From contig ML996692.1 in the NCBI GenBank assembly GCA_010356995.1, positions 445,933 to 509,932 on the forward strand: 64,000 nt of DNA, read 5' to 3'. The stretch comes from Trichodelitschia bisporula. Taxonomy: Eukaryota. Numbering within the stretch: position 1 is the first letter of the stretch; every line of letters begins with the position of its first letter. Under the pieces are notes generated by a model, which saw only the letters and a list, made by a program, of their open reading frames with translations, did no database searches and was not told where the DNA came from. Shown here piece by piece: positions 25,700 through 39,074 of this stretch. A program made the translations under genes and the position numbers.

Positions 25700-26562
25700 G
25701 ATGGAGAGAGGGTTCCGGTGTATGAGAGACGGAGGCAGAGGGAGCGCACGTGGAGATGAGCCCACTCTGGGGCGATGAGGTGCACCGGTACTCTTGTCGT
25801 GAGCTTGTTCACTTGCGGGGCGGTGTGCACGTTGGTGTTGCGTGGAGGATCCGACGTTCGGAGGCCGTTGTTGGTCGTTGATCGTGGCGCCCGCTAGCCG
25901 GAGATTCCATGTTTGCCGCGCTTTTGCGGAGTGGGGAAGGGGAGGGGGGCGGCTGTGGCGGGGAATGGTTGGTGACGCAGTGAATGACCCCCTATATGGC
26001 CCTCTACATTTAGGCGCTAGACCCCCCATAGATGCCCACAGACGCCCTAAAGTCCAGTGACAGAGCCTGGAGTTCTGGCTGGTACCCCCTGGGCTATCCA
26101 CGGGTGAACTTGCCGGGGTAGGTTCTCCTCGGCGTCATCGACTCTTCTTCCCATCATTTATCCGGCGAGAGCATCGTCTCCGCAATCCCACAGTCCTCTT
26201 AAAAGACCACAAAGCAACCTCTCCCTCTCACGGCATTCCATCCTCCTCCAGTTTCCTCTCCCCTTGTGCCAGCTAGTGGAGAAAGGTTACTTGACACACC
26301 ACCTCCGCGGCAAGCAGGGCGCGCTCCGCCACCCCGTCGGTCGGGCTTCATCACATGGACGCGCTTGACCATGCTGCCAACTCTTCCTCCCTGCGTCCAA
26401 CTCCATTCCGTCCCCTCTACGCCATAACCTTTGCTATATCATGTCCAGCCTCCTTCCCGAAGCTTCACACCCGCGATCGTTCTCCACCGATCCTCCCCTC
26501 CGTCCCTGGTGCCGACTGGACTGATCGCCGTCGCGCAGCCCGGTCGGTAGCCGAGCTCCAAC

Positions 26563-29080
26563 ATGTCTCAATCGCTTGAGCCCGTCTCGCGGGTCCCGAG
26601 CAAATCTGTCACCGCAGCTTCGTCACAGACGGCCGTAGGCTCGGCCATTGATTTTGCCCCGAAGCAAACGCTGTCCACGAGCACATTTGCAGGACCGGAT
26701 CCCACGATGGAGAAACCCACGCATCAGCGCTTTGTGCTCACAGACCCCGACGCCTTCAGGTAGGCACGCAGTACAAGCTTGTATGACAGTGAACCGGGCT
26801 AACCCCCCTAGCTACCTCGCCGCCGACCGATCCACCAAGGTCCTAGCCCGCGACGAACGCCTCGAAGGCTACGAATGCTACCTGGTCGAACAATGGGCGT
26901 GCTCGCGCAGCCACCCCACCTTCGTCATCACCACTTACACGGGGGACCTGTCGCGTAGCGTGGTTGTGAACGTGCTCAGCGTGCCGACGGACGAGGAGGC
27001 GTGGTCCACCCGGCTGACCGTATACTTCAAAGCCATGAGCATGTACCACGCGCGACGACGCGAGACACGTCTCGGCACCCTGATGATCACGAATCTGAGC
27101 GGCTTCCCCTCGTCGTTGACTGTTATTCCCGTACCGGATGGAAATGTCGCCACGCATACGGAATTGTTCATTGTCAACGAGAACCTCAAGCGCATGGGCT
27201 GTTCCGGGCGCGTTGGCATGACGCTTACCAAGCCCAGCAGTGCCGTCACGGCAAAGTTCTACCAGCTATATCGTGTCAGCGAGAAGGTACCCGTCAACGA
27301 AGCCGTCAAAATGCTGGTCAAGCTGTGCCAGATCGCTCTCGTACTCTTCGACAAGCTAGAAACAGAGTACGCAGACGGCCTCCTCTGCGACCCCACAGAA
27401 ACAGCCATCAACGACTGGTGGGCCGACTTCGGCACCGAATACCACCCCAACATCGAGCCGCACGACGGTATCCTAGGGCCCACCACCGTCGCTGCACTGC
27501 TGGGCCTGCTAACCGGAGCGCGCAACCGACTCGACGCATGCAGGGCGCCAGTGACAAAAGACGTCTTCGACATGGTGGCCACAAAGCGCGCCATCCTCTA
27601 CTTCCAGCGATCGCAAGGCATCGAACGCACCCGCCGCCTCGACCGCCGCACGATGAACAAGCTGCACCGCGTGACAGCCAAGGCCGCCAGCAGCGAGGGC
27701 TGGGGCGTGCCCCGCGCTGTCAAGTCGACGGTCGCGGAGCTGGGCGGTAAGGGCGGCGAGATGGTCATGGATATGGTAGGCGGGCGCGAGAAGGCGCGCA
27801 TTAACGACGTTGAGACGGTCGATGTCGACCAGTTTGTCTCGCTGATTCATGGCGCTACCTCGAAGTACCTGTGGAAGGGCAAGACGCCGAAGAAAGGCAC
27901 TACTACCGATGCGCACCAGCGACTCGGGGAGCATAGCATGGAGTTCCAGAGCGATGAGCGCGGTGGGTATGAGTGGTCTTCACGGCGCAAGGGCACTGGG
28001 GGTTTTGAGTCGCGCGCGGATGCAGAGGGCGATGTGGACCGCAACCGCATCGCGAAGAAGCACACAGGGTCCTCGTCCACCAACCACCAAAAACACGACG
28101 GCAGCCGCGGCTTCGGCCGCATCAAAGACGCCGTCGGCCTCCGGCACTCGAACCGCTCCCACAAAGACGGGGACCTCTCGGACCGGCGAGGCAGCATCGA
28201 CTCCAACCCTGCAGACCCCTCGAAGGCCGACCCCGACGCGACGACGCGCCAGCCCGCCCCCCCAATCTACGCACCCATAATCTCAGACACGCCCATAAGC
28301 ACGCCCTTCGCCTTCCCCTCCAACGCCCAGATCCTAGAACAGCAACCCCACCCGCCACCACCCCCCTCCGCCCCCTCCCGCAGTCCCTCCCCCTCCCTCG
28401 CCCCGTCCAGCGAAAAACCAGACATCGTAGAACCGACGCGCCCCCTCCTGCAGCGCACGCAGAGCGCGTCCGACGTCCCCTTGCCTCACCTGCCCGTGCG
28501 CGACGCGCGCTGGCCGCGCCATCTCAGCTTCAGTCTCGCGGCGGACGCGGTGCTGACGTGGGAGCCGCCGACGAGTTTCGAGCTCAGCGGCGTGCCGCTC
28601 GCGAGTATGGCCGAGGAGCGCGCGTGGGCTGAATTTGCTTCGTTGACGCAGGAGCGTGTTGTGAGAACGGAAAGGGATGTAGGTTCGTGGGTGGCAAGGC
28701 AGATTGAGGCGGTGCGGGGGGTGGATGCGCAAGCCGCGGAGTATGTGGAGGAATTGAATGTGGAGCTGTATCGGGGGCGGGAGGAGCAGCGGGGGGCGGG
28801 GGAGAGGGCGAGACGGGTTATGGATGGGGAGAGGGGGCAGTTACGTGAGCAGGTTCGCGAGATTGAGGTGCTGGATGCGAAGCTTGAGTATGAGGTTGGC
28901 GTTTTTGGGAGTAAGGTTGAGGATATGGAGGAGGAGGTTGCGGAGTTGGAGAGGTATGTTGTTGCGCTGGAGGAGGAGTGTAAGAGGCTGGAGGAGGATA
29001 TGCGTCCGAGGGAGGGGTGGGTGCATTGGGGACTCAGGGTGCTTACGGGTGTGGGGAAGATGCCCGAGGAGGGGACGTGA
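26563..29080 (+). CDS. Stb2/Stb6-like (Sin3-binding) protein; intron 26760-26811; start codon uncertain
   Basis: Motifs FVLTDPDAF|YL, LEGYECYLVEQWACSR, TYTGD, ITNLSGFPSSLTVIPVPDG, FIVNENLKRMGCSGR, YADGLLCD and DGILGPTTVAAL, plus a C-terminal coiled coil. Confidence 0.85.
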
Positions 29081-29666
29081 TTGCCGATTGATGGTGGGTG
29101 TCATGGCTTCCTTCCTCCTTGTTGTTGGATGCTACTTCCCGTACATATGCAAAATGGTCAGCGACGGCCCGCGCTGCCGTATCGGCCTTTCCTTCTCTGC
29201 CGCTCGGTCCTGCTGCTAACGGACGTGTCCAGGTGCGGTTATGTGGAACCTGAAGCTCGATCATCACCTTATCGTACGATCTGTATGGCAGGCGCCTTCT
29301 GCTCTTGAGCGAGCTGGGAGGGGGTTCTTGCCCAAAGACACCGAAGCCGCAGTATCGCCCCTGCCCTTTTAGCCCAGCGTGCCTTCCCGTCTCCTTTCCC
29401 GAGGCAAGAGCGCCCAAGCACCAGCTCAAGTTATAAACACCTTCGTCCGCGCACTTCGTTTTCATCTCTCAAACTCCAAGCACCACTCCATCCTCGACCT
29501 TGATACTCCCTTCCGCTTGTTGCACCACACCGGTCTCTGCATCATTCAAACCGCTCTCAACACCAGTCAACACCATTCTCATCTCAAACTTTGGGCCTGC
29601 TTCAGGTCAGGCACTCGGAGTCCATGGGCATATCAGACCTTCTGCGTTGCCCAACTCCCTCAAAGC

Positions 29667-30367
29667 ATGGCCTCTCTCAGGTTATTCCGCACTGGTTCGC
29701 CACAAGGCAAGCAATTTGCTTCGGTCCTCCAGGACAGTGACATCGAGCATGGGCTCATTCGAGGCTTTGCGGTGAAGCTGCTTGGCGGCACTCCCGATAC
29801 TCAGGGGAGAGAGAAATACACCACCTTCAGCTTAATCTGGAGTCCTGCCGGATTAATATGCAGATCAACGTGGGAGCGCTGGAACTGTAGCAGCTACGAA
29901 GGCTCTTTTGTGAGTGTAACAGTTGGTTCATTCTTGAAGCGATACAGCTGTTCTCCACGAGTACAGACGGGAACAAGGTTCCAGTCGAGACTCTACCTAT
30001 CGCACTCGGCTGCATCAGCCTTGGAGCGCAGAGTAAGTAGCGCTCTAACTCATGCTTTGATGGTTGATGCTAATCACTTACAGTCAAACTTCCGATACTG
30101 CAGCCGGGGGTACCGCCGGCGACTACGGACCAGATAGACCGACACATTCAGAGCTACGCAAACTTGACAACTGAACGCCTCCAACACCACATCCTGCGCC
30201 CTGAGGAGGACTCCGATACCACGTACAGCATTTCCCTATGGTTCAGGGCGCAGTTGGCCTTCGTTATGGCTGATCAATTTGCGGATGACGAGCTTTTGAT
30301 AGCCGTCCAGAACACATGGGTGAACGGATTTGGGTGGCCTATCGCCCTGACATCGAGACACGGCTAA
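29667..30367 (+). pseudogene. Degenerate gene resembling fungal minimal nucleotidyltransferase-like proteins
   Basis: Fragments FASVLQDSDIEHGLIRGFAVKLLGGTPDTQ / INMQINVGALEL*QLRRLF...GNKVPVETLP / KLPILQPGV; internal TAG at 29888-29890, a frame change near 29806-29850, and one intact intron 30033-30083. Confidence 0.45.
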
Positions 30368-30491
30368 CGTGCGGGTCCCGTGGGAACGGTCCGTGGTGCT
30401 ACCACGAAGACTTCTGCATCATTACCTACCCTGGGACCTCCTAGAGCCAGCTCCGGGAGTCACGTGAATGATCTTCCTGGGCCATGGCCGA

Positions 30492-31031
30492 TTCTCTAGA
30501 CCTCAAGAACTCGAGTCATATCGGATTTGATGTACATAGAAGCTTCGGCAGCGGTTCGGACACAATGTGCTTCCAAAAATGCTTATGCACAATATTTGTG
30601 GAGAGAGTGGCCTAATTGTTGAAGTAACCACTCCTCACATCATTGGGGTCTTTGTCTTTTATCTTCGTTGTTCATCTCTGTACCTTAGCCATAACACAGC
30701 AATCGCCGTTCTCTTCTAAACCTTGTACCACTGCACCCCCTTGACCAACAACTCTTCTACTGAAGCTCTCAGCCCTTAGTTGTAAATGATATTATCTGGG
30801 TATCCCGTTGTGAGCCGGACGGTCGGCTTCAGGCCCTGGACGCTGAAGAATCTGGGTATCTGCTGTTACTGTCTAATCCGAGATATACCGCTGCCTCGTC
30901 TTCTCCAGACTTGCGAAGTCGAACAACATCGGAATTGATGTACATAGCTTTTCAGGCAGCAACAACAGGCACCTCCGAAATGACCACGGTAGAATAGTTG
31001 TGGACAGCGTGGCCCGAAATATGAAGCTCCA
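30492..31031. repeat. Diverged direct duplication of about 135 bp (30492-30630 vs 30901-31031)
   Basis: Shared blocks TCGGA.TTGATGTACATAG and AATA.TTGTGGA.AG.GTGGCC. Confidence 0.7.
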
Positions 31032-31422
31032 AAGCGAATGCATCGACCAAGGACGTTGTGAACAAACCGGCAGCCTAGCCTCCCGAGCCTCGCTTCGCGC
31101 TCCCAGCCCGGCTCAAGCGCACCAGGGCTGAGGACCCAGGGCGGCGTGTGGTAGAAAAGTCACAGCCTCTCCGCCCTGCAAAAAACGCCCGGCAGGTCTG
31201 CCACAACTTTCTCCCACGTTCTCTCGGACCTCCCATGCACACTGCGCGGGAGCTCACGCCAGCCCAGCCATGGCGCGCTTCGTATCCGGAAAGACTCGTG
31301 TCCGAGCCCGTGACGCGCTGCCAGGAATTAGGCACCAGGGCCAGGGCATTTGAGTGTAAAATGTAGCCGGAGGTCGTCGGAAGGGCACGCGGCGTGATTT
31401 TCGCGTCTTGTGTTCCTTCCCG

Positions 31423-34400
31423 ATGATTATGGATGAGAAAGTGGAGGCTAGAACTAGTGTCGGCGCCGTCGCTGGTGTCAGCGCTACGGGTCCGGGTCCG
31501 GTGCATGCGGGCCCGGCCCGCGTGGACGGGGCGCCTGATGTTATTATTGCGGTTGCGGGTGAGAAGGAGGGGAATGAGGGGGCGAAGACGTCGGTTGGGA
31601 ACTTTTTTGTGGGTTTTTGTCCTGAGATGGATGATAGGGTGTGGGCTAATTGGGAAGCGGATATTTACGTTTGGGAATGGGTTTGACTGGACGCTGGTTG
31701 GGGTTTGTGTGTTGTCGGCCATTGGGGCAGGTGTGGTATGCTGGTCGTGTGTGTAACAGCCTTGTCGAATGCTTACCACGCGTAGGCTATGCCGTTGATG
31801 TTCATTGTGTTTGGTTTGTGGCCCTGATGGTTATGGCGACGGCCTTGCTTACCTGGTTAGGTAATCTTGTTGGAGACTTCGCTGGCTACTTCGTGCCCGA
31901 TAGCACCGTTACCCGCGCGGAGTTCCAGAAGACGGTCAATAAGAATGCGTAAGTTGAGTTCGAGTGAGGCAGAGGGGCATAGTTGGGATGCCTGTCGATA
32001 TCAGAATCCTGAAGCTTTGAGGACTGCCCTAACCAGTTGATCAGGCTGTATATCTTTTACCTCTTCATTGGCAAATTCTGCCTTTCGTACACCACGATGG
32101 TACGTAGGGTCTCGCCACGACTTCCCTTCTCGGGTTGCTAATCGTGCCCAGTTTACCATCAGAATGAGCGGACTTCGGATCTCGGCCGCACTCCGCCTGG
32201 CGTATCTCAAAGCATTGTTCGCCCAGCCCGTGAGCATCATAGACGGGATATCACCGGGCAAGATCTCGAGCCGCCTCACGTCGTCGGCCAATACCATCCA
32301 ACTCGGCATCTCCATGCAATTCTCAATGTTCATCCAAACCGTAGCTCTCGTCATCGGGCTCTACGTCGTTGCCTTCGTCCGGAGCTGGCTGCTGACTCTA
32401 GTCGCCAGCGTGTGCCTCCCGTTCATCCTCGTGGTCTACTCGGCCATCCTACCCTTCTTCATCAAGTTCCACAAGGCCACCGAGGCACATCAGGAGGAAG
32501 CATCTGCATTCGCCCACGAGATCTTCGCCTCCATCCGTATCGTCAAGGCGTTCGGTGCCGAGGCTCGGCTCTCCGCGAAGCACGACGAGTCCATCGAAAA
32601 GGCTAGGAAGTCCGAGCTTCGGAATACGCCGTTGATGGGGCTGTTGCTGGCACCCATGTTCTTTGCCGTGTACGGGACAATCGCTCTTGCCTTTTGGTTT
32701 GGCATCAGGCAATTCGTCCATGGCCACTTAGCTGGCATTGGGCCACTCACAACGTATGTGCCGCACCTTTGACCGCGGTCTCGCTGACATGCTGGAAGCG
32801 TGCTCTTCTCTATCATGGTCGTCGTAACATCCATCGGCGGCGTGGCCTCGCCTATCATATCCATGGCCAAAGCAGCAACTGCATCGCAAGAGCTTTTCAT
32901 CACCATTGATGCCGAAGTCCCGGATACTTCGGGTAAGAAGGGACCCGAGGTATCTGCCGAACAGGATGTCACGTTTCGGGACGTCTCGTTCGTGTACCCC
33001 TCGCGGCCGGACGTTCAGGTGCTCGACCACTTGGATGCCACGTTCCCCCGCGGGAAGGTCACTGCGATCGTCGGTCCGTCAGGCTCGGGTAAGAGTACCA
33101 TCGTTGGCCTCGTCGAGCGGTGGTACGACCTCGGAGACCAAAAAGCCATGGAATCGGCCATCGAAGCGCAGGTTTTGAAGAGTGACAAACCCGACAAGGC
33201 TGACAAGCCGGGAAACACCGCCGTGCCTGCTGAGCCCGAGAAGAAGGAACCCGGATTTACCGGCGGGGATATCTTCATTGGAAACACCAACCTCAAGGAA
33301 ATCGACGCCAAGTGGTGGAGATCCCAGATTGGCCTTGTCCAGCAAGAGCCTTTCTTGTTTAATACTACCATCTTCGAGAATGTGTCGTACGGGCTTTCTG
33401 GGACGCAGTGGGAAAATGAATCGCGTGAAGTCAAGTTGAAAATGGTCCAGTCGGCATGTCAAGAGGCCTCTGCGGACGAGTTTGTCTCAAAACTTCCACT
33501 GGTAAGCATTCTGATTGGCGTTCACCTCTATTTCTTACCAATGCGTGCTTGATAACCTTAGGCATACGAGACGATTGTGGGTGAATCCGGCATCAAGCTC
33601 AGCGGCGGCCAAAGGCAGCGGCTTGCAATCGCCCGGTCCATCATCAAGCAGCCTTCGATCCTGATCCTAGACGAGGCAACTTCCTCAATCGACGTACGCA
33701 CCGAGCAAGTTGTCCAGAAAGCCCTCGATCGTGTGTCTCAGAACCGAACCACAATTGTCATCGCGCATCGCCTCTCAACGATCAAGAAAGCGGATAAGAT
33801 CTTTGTCCTCCGTCGCGGACAGGTCGTGGAAGAAGGCACTCACGAAGAGCTCCTCAAGGACGAAGATGGCCTGTACTACGGCTTGGTCCACGCACAGGCG
33901 CTGGAAACGGCAGGGGAGGACACGCCGGAGGACATTTCGTTCAACGAAGCCGCGCGTCTGGCTTCTCGTGAGGTTCCGGGTGGCTCTGGTCCATCAAATG
34001 CGGAACCCAGTGCGGATGAGGTGCAACCCTCGGCAAACACGGGGTTCTACCAAGGGTTCGGACGCCTCATCTACGAGCAAAGAAGGCACTGGCTACTCTA
34101 CTCGATCGTGATAACTTGCGCTGTTTCTGCTGGTGGTAAGTTTGTGCGTCTTCGAATACTGCACGAAAGCTGATTTCATGCCGCTTCCTACCCGCTTCAG
34201 GCATTCCTCTTCTCGAAGCTCGTCAACGCGTTTACGCTTGCCAAAGACAAGTTGGTAAAAACCGGCAACTTTTGGTCACTGATGTTCTTCATATTGGCCT
34301 TGGCCATGGCCTTGTTCTACTTTACGCTTGGCTTCGCTGCTCACATCGTGTCTACGGTGCGGTTCCCTCCCCCTGTTTTTGTGGGAGTCTTTGGCTAATT

Positions 34401-35999
34401 GTCAGATCGTCTCGTCGGTCTATCGGAAAGAGTATCTTCAAAACATCCTGAAGCGGCGGGTGGCCTTCTTTGACGCAGATGGGAATTCGGCCGGAACGCT
34501 CGCCGCAAGGCTCGCCTCCGATCCCGGCCAGGTCGAACAGCTGACGGGGGGCCAAATGGCCATGGCCTATATCTCCATATTTGGCATGGTAGGCTGCATC
34601 ATCATCGCGTTCGTTTATGGATGGAAACTTTCTTTGCTCTCGGTGTTTACTATTGTGCCGGTCATTCTCACTGCTGGCTTCTTCCGCTTCAGGCTGGAGA
34701 TGAAGTTCGAAGAGATGAATGCAGCTGTCTTTGCCGATAGCTCGCAGTTCGGCACTGAGGCTGTTGGAGCATTCCGGACAGTTAAATCCTTGGTTCTGGA
34801 GGACTTGATTTCCGATCGGTATGAGAATCTTCTTCAGACACACGCACGAGTGGCTTTCAAGAAGGCGAGAATGTGGACCTTGGTCTTCGCCCTCTCAGAC
34901 AGTGTAACGATGGCATGCCAGGCCTTGGTTTTCTGGTATGTTTTAACTGATAACTTCCCCTTGGTGCTTGGCTGACGAGAGTTCAGGTACGGTGGTCGGC
35001 TTCTGGCTTCGCACGAGTACAATCTTCAGCAGTACTTCGTCATATATATGGCTGTCGTCCAAGGCAGTGAGGCTGCTGGTATTTGGTTCTCCATGGCGCC
35101 AAATATGGCGGAAGCTACTGCAGGGGCCAACCGGATCGTCGGTTCTCGGGTGTTGGACTCTGAAAGCTCGCTCAAGCTAGAGCCTGGCGATCCTGGCAGT
35201 GAAGGCGTGGGTCTCGAGTTCAGAGACGTGCACTTTGCGTACAAGAGTAGAGCCATTCCTGTCCTGACAGGGCTAAACCTGAAGATAGATCAGGGCCAGT
35301 TCGTGGCCTTGGTTGGCGCTTCAGGATGCGGAAAGTCGACGGTCATCAGTCTCATCGAGCGGTTCTACGATCCGGATTCTGGCCACATCTTGTATGGGGA
35401 CCAAGACGTCACGCAGCTCAACGTCAGCAGCTACCGGAGTGGTATTTCGCTGGTTGCGCAGGAGTCCACCCTTTACGAAGGGAGCATCCGCGAAAATGTA
35501 GCAATGTCCGTAGAGGCCGATCAGGCCACCGACGCGGCAATTGAGGAGGCATGCAAGGACGCTCAGATTCACGAGTTCGTTGCATCATTGCCAGAGGGTT
35601 ACGCGACTCAACTTGGCCCGAAAGGATTATCTCTCAGCGGTGGGCAGCGGCAGCGGCTGGCGCTAGCGAGGGCGTTGCTCCGCAAGCCGCGCATCTTGCT
35701 CCTTGACGAGGCGACATCGTCGTTGGATTCTGAGTCGGAAAAGCTGGTGCAAGAAGCCATCGAACGCGCAGCTGGTGAGGGGGGCCGCACTGTCATTGCG
35801 GTAGCACATCGTCTAGCGACAATCCAGAAGGCAGATGTCATCTTTGTGCTGGGTTCGGGGCGAGTGCTTGAGCAGGGAACTCATCAGTCGTTGCTGAAGG
35901 CGAAGGGCATGTACTACTCCATGGTAAGTCGCATGTCGGTTCAGAGAGCGCTATGTGCTAACTCTGTCGCAGTGTCAAGCCCAAGCTTTGGACAAGTAA
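31423..35999 (+). CDS. Full-length ABCB (MDR1/P-glycoprotein-type) transporter, about 11 introns, one with a non-canonical acceptor (34136-34180)
   Basis: TMD-NBD-TMD-NBD layout; Walker [10 protein letters not shown] and [19 protein letters not shown] signature and Walker B ([18 protein letters not shown]) in both halves; last exon CQAQALDK* after intron 35924-35972. Confidence 0.93.
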
Positions 36000-36459
36000 G
36001 CGTGTTGAATGCTGTGTACATAAAGGGGTTTGGGATAATAGGATGGCGGGACCCGGGACATCGCCACTGTTTGTATATTAGATCTGTAGAATCTGCGCTC
36101 CTCAATCCTCATAATGTTTGGTCCCGATGTGATGACGACTCTGACTGAGAAGTTTGATGCATGTGGTGAAAAGGATGTCGACATCGTGCCCCGAAACGAT
36201 GTCAAAGTTGATGCCTTTCAGTGCCTCAGGCAGCCGGTCTCGGCGATGATGCTGCCGCGCCGCTGGATGCGCGAGCCGAAAGAGCCAAAGCTGGCCTGAT
36301 TGACAGTTGTCAATACCGTACTGACTTCCCCGCAACAACGTCTTTTGGCGCGAAGTCACTTCCTCACTGTATAACATGATGGTAATGCGCTTGTGATGTT
36401 CGATCCTCCAACTTCTCTCCACATTCCCTCAACCACGCGCGCATTGCCAGCCATTCGCC

Positions 36460-38998
36460 ATGGCACGAGTGTGGGGCCGCTTCCAACTCCTTCTGTTGCT
36501 GTTCCTCTGTGAGTACTACTTGAGAGGGGTTATGCAAGGTGCAGTTGCTGACATTTAATGTTCCTATAGCCGTCTCGTTTCTGAATGCAGAGGCATTCGC
36601 AGCCGATGAGAATGTCCGAGAAGCCGCCTCCCTCCTCCAACTAAACAAGTCCAACCCACGACGATCGGCCGCCGGAAAACAGGCGGGCGTCTCCCACTAT
36701 GCGAAGCAGATACTGTCGACGCTATTTCTCTCCGGGCCGCCGCCCTCATCGGGCCCCGACTCTCCGTCTCCACTGGATCCCACTCTCGCCAAAGCCGTCG
36801 GCCTCCTCGAAGATGCCGCCGATGATGGCAACCCCGATGCTCTCTTTCTACTCGCCGAGATGAACTTCTACGGCAACTACTCGCATCCCCGCAACTACAC
36901 CGAAGCATTCAGGCGCTATAACCAGCTTGCGATGCTCAACGGTAATAGCTCCGCCCAGCACATGGTTGGCTTCCTGTACGCGACGGGCTTGGGCGGCGTT
37001 GTCCCGCAGGACCAGGCTAAAGCTATGTTGTACTACACATTCGCCGCTGAGCAGGGCAACACCAGGGCTCAGATGGTCATGGCGTACCGGCACCACTTCG
37101 GCATCGCTACTCCTGTCAATTGCGAGGAAGCTAAATACTTCTACAAGCATGTGGCGGACAAGGCTATCGCATGGCTGCGGTCAGGGCCGCCCGGCGACCA
37201 CAACGTCGTCAAGGAGGCGTACGTGATTGCCGATGACCGCGGTGGCGTCTACGGCGAGGGCGCAAGCATCAGCAGCACGGGCAACAACGCTAGACTCCGA
37301 GGGAGCTTGAATGACCCCAATGCGCCGTTCGAGGACGTGATTGAGTATCTCGACCTGATGTCACGGAAAGGTGATCTGAAGGCGACATTCTCGCTCGGCA
37401 GACTCTACTACGATGGCAGTAGGAGCATCAGGCGCGACTTCCGGCTCTCGAAGCAGTACTTCCTCGAGGTTGCGCGCCAGTACTGGCCCAAGAAGGGCCG
37501 GCCCCGCACTGATGTGTCGCCTGGAACCGAGAAGCTGGCCTCCAAGGCGGCTGGATATCTGGGAAGGATGTTTCTGCGCGGCGAGGGCGTAGAGCAGAAC
37601 TTCGAGCTTGCGCAGACGTGGTTTAGTCGCGGCATTTCTAGCGGCGATGCTACCTCCCAGTACTCCATGGGGCTGATGTACCTCCACGGTTTGGGTGTAC
37701 CCAAGGACATCGTCAAGGCCTCCATCTACTTTTCAGCAGCCGCTGATCTGGACAGCTCTGATGCGCAGGTTCGGCTCGGCACCCTATTCCTCGACCAGGG
37801 AGACGTCCTTACAGCTACTCGCTACTTTACCTTGGCCGCTCGCAATGGCCACATCGAGGCCTTCTACTATCTCGCAGAACTGATGGACAAGGGCGTCGGC
37901 CGCGACTCGACCTGCGCCGGCGCAGCGCAGTACTACAAGATCGTCGCCGAGAAGGCCGAAAGCGTATCCACCGCCATCCGCGAAGCAAACGAAGCCTACG
38001 AGTCGGGTGACATCGAGACCGCCATCGTGGACTACATGCTCGCCGCGGAACAAGGGTTCGAGTCCGCGCAAGCCAACGTAGCGTATCTCTTCGACCAAGC
38101 GCTCGCCCGCCGCGAATCCCGCTCCTCCCTCATCCTCTTCAGCAAACCCCTCTCCACCCTTCCACCCAACCCCCGCCTCGCCCTCATGTACTGGACCCGC
38201 TCCGCCCGCCAGTCTAACTTCGACAGCTACCTCAAAATGGGCGATTACTACCTCGCAGGCCTCGGCGCGCCCGTCGATCCCGAAAAGGCGGCTGCGTGCT
38301 ACCACGCCGCCGCCGATTCCCTCGCCAGCGCACAGGCGTACTGGAATCTGGGCTGGATGCACGAGAACGGCATCGGCGCGGAACAGGACTTCCACCTCGC
38401 GAAGCGGTTTTATGATCTTGCGCTCACGACTAGTCGCGAGGCGTATCTCCCCGTCACGCTCGCGCTGCTCAAGTTGCGCGCCCGGAGCGCGTGGAACACG
38501 CTCACACATGGGCAGGTGAAGGGCATTCAGGCGGAGCACGGTTAGCCCCCCCCCCCCATCCCCATTCTCAACTAAAGACAAGCTAACCCCCCCTCCCTAG
38601 TCGAGCGCAAGAAATGGTCCTTCACAGAGTGGATATCCGCCTTCCTGGACGCGGACGACGAATACCTCCCCCTGCCCGACGACGCCGAGGACATGCACCA
38701 CCCGGGCCTGGACAGCATGCCCGGCGCCGACGAACTGCTTGACGATTTCGAAGACGGCGTGTTTGAGAATGTGGCGATTGTGGCGCTGGCCCTGGCGCTC
38801 GCTTTTTTGGTTATGTATAGGAGGCGCCAGGCGGAGGAGGTGAGGAGGCAGCGCGAGCAGGGGCAGCGGGGGGAGCAGGGGCCTGGGGCGGGACGCGGGG
38901 ATGGGCAGCAGCAGCAGCAGCAGCAGGAGCAGGGGATGTTTCCGCCGCCGGGGGATCCGGAGTGGTTGGCTTGGGCGGCGGGGGGAGTGGGGCATTAG
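36460..38998 (+). CDS. HRD3: ERAD Sel1-repeat adaptor (SEL1L); introns 36509-36569 and 38541-38600
   Basis: Signal peptide MARVWGRFQLLLLLFL; many Sel1 repeats (e.g. GNSSAQHMVGFLYATG, AAEQGFESAQANVAY, AYWNLGWMHENGIG..QDFHLAKRFYD); C-terminal TM segment followed by a poly-Q tail. Confidence 0.94.
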
Positions 38999-39074
38999 GG
39001 GACCGTGGGGACTTTGATGGGGGGGCTGGTGGTATTTGTACAGTAGTGCACTGTTGGCGTTTGAAGCGTTAATG

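Noticed and set aside
24338..38998. RMD5 and HRD3 as a ubiquitin-ligase cluster
   Set aside because: Different complexes and compartments, separated by unrelated genes; probably chance.
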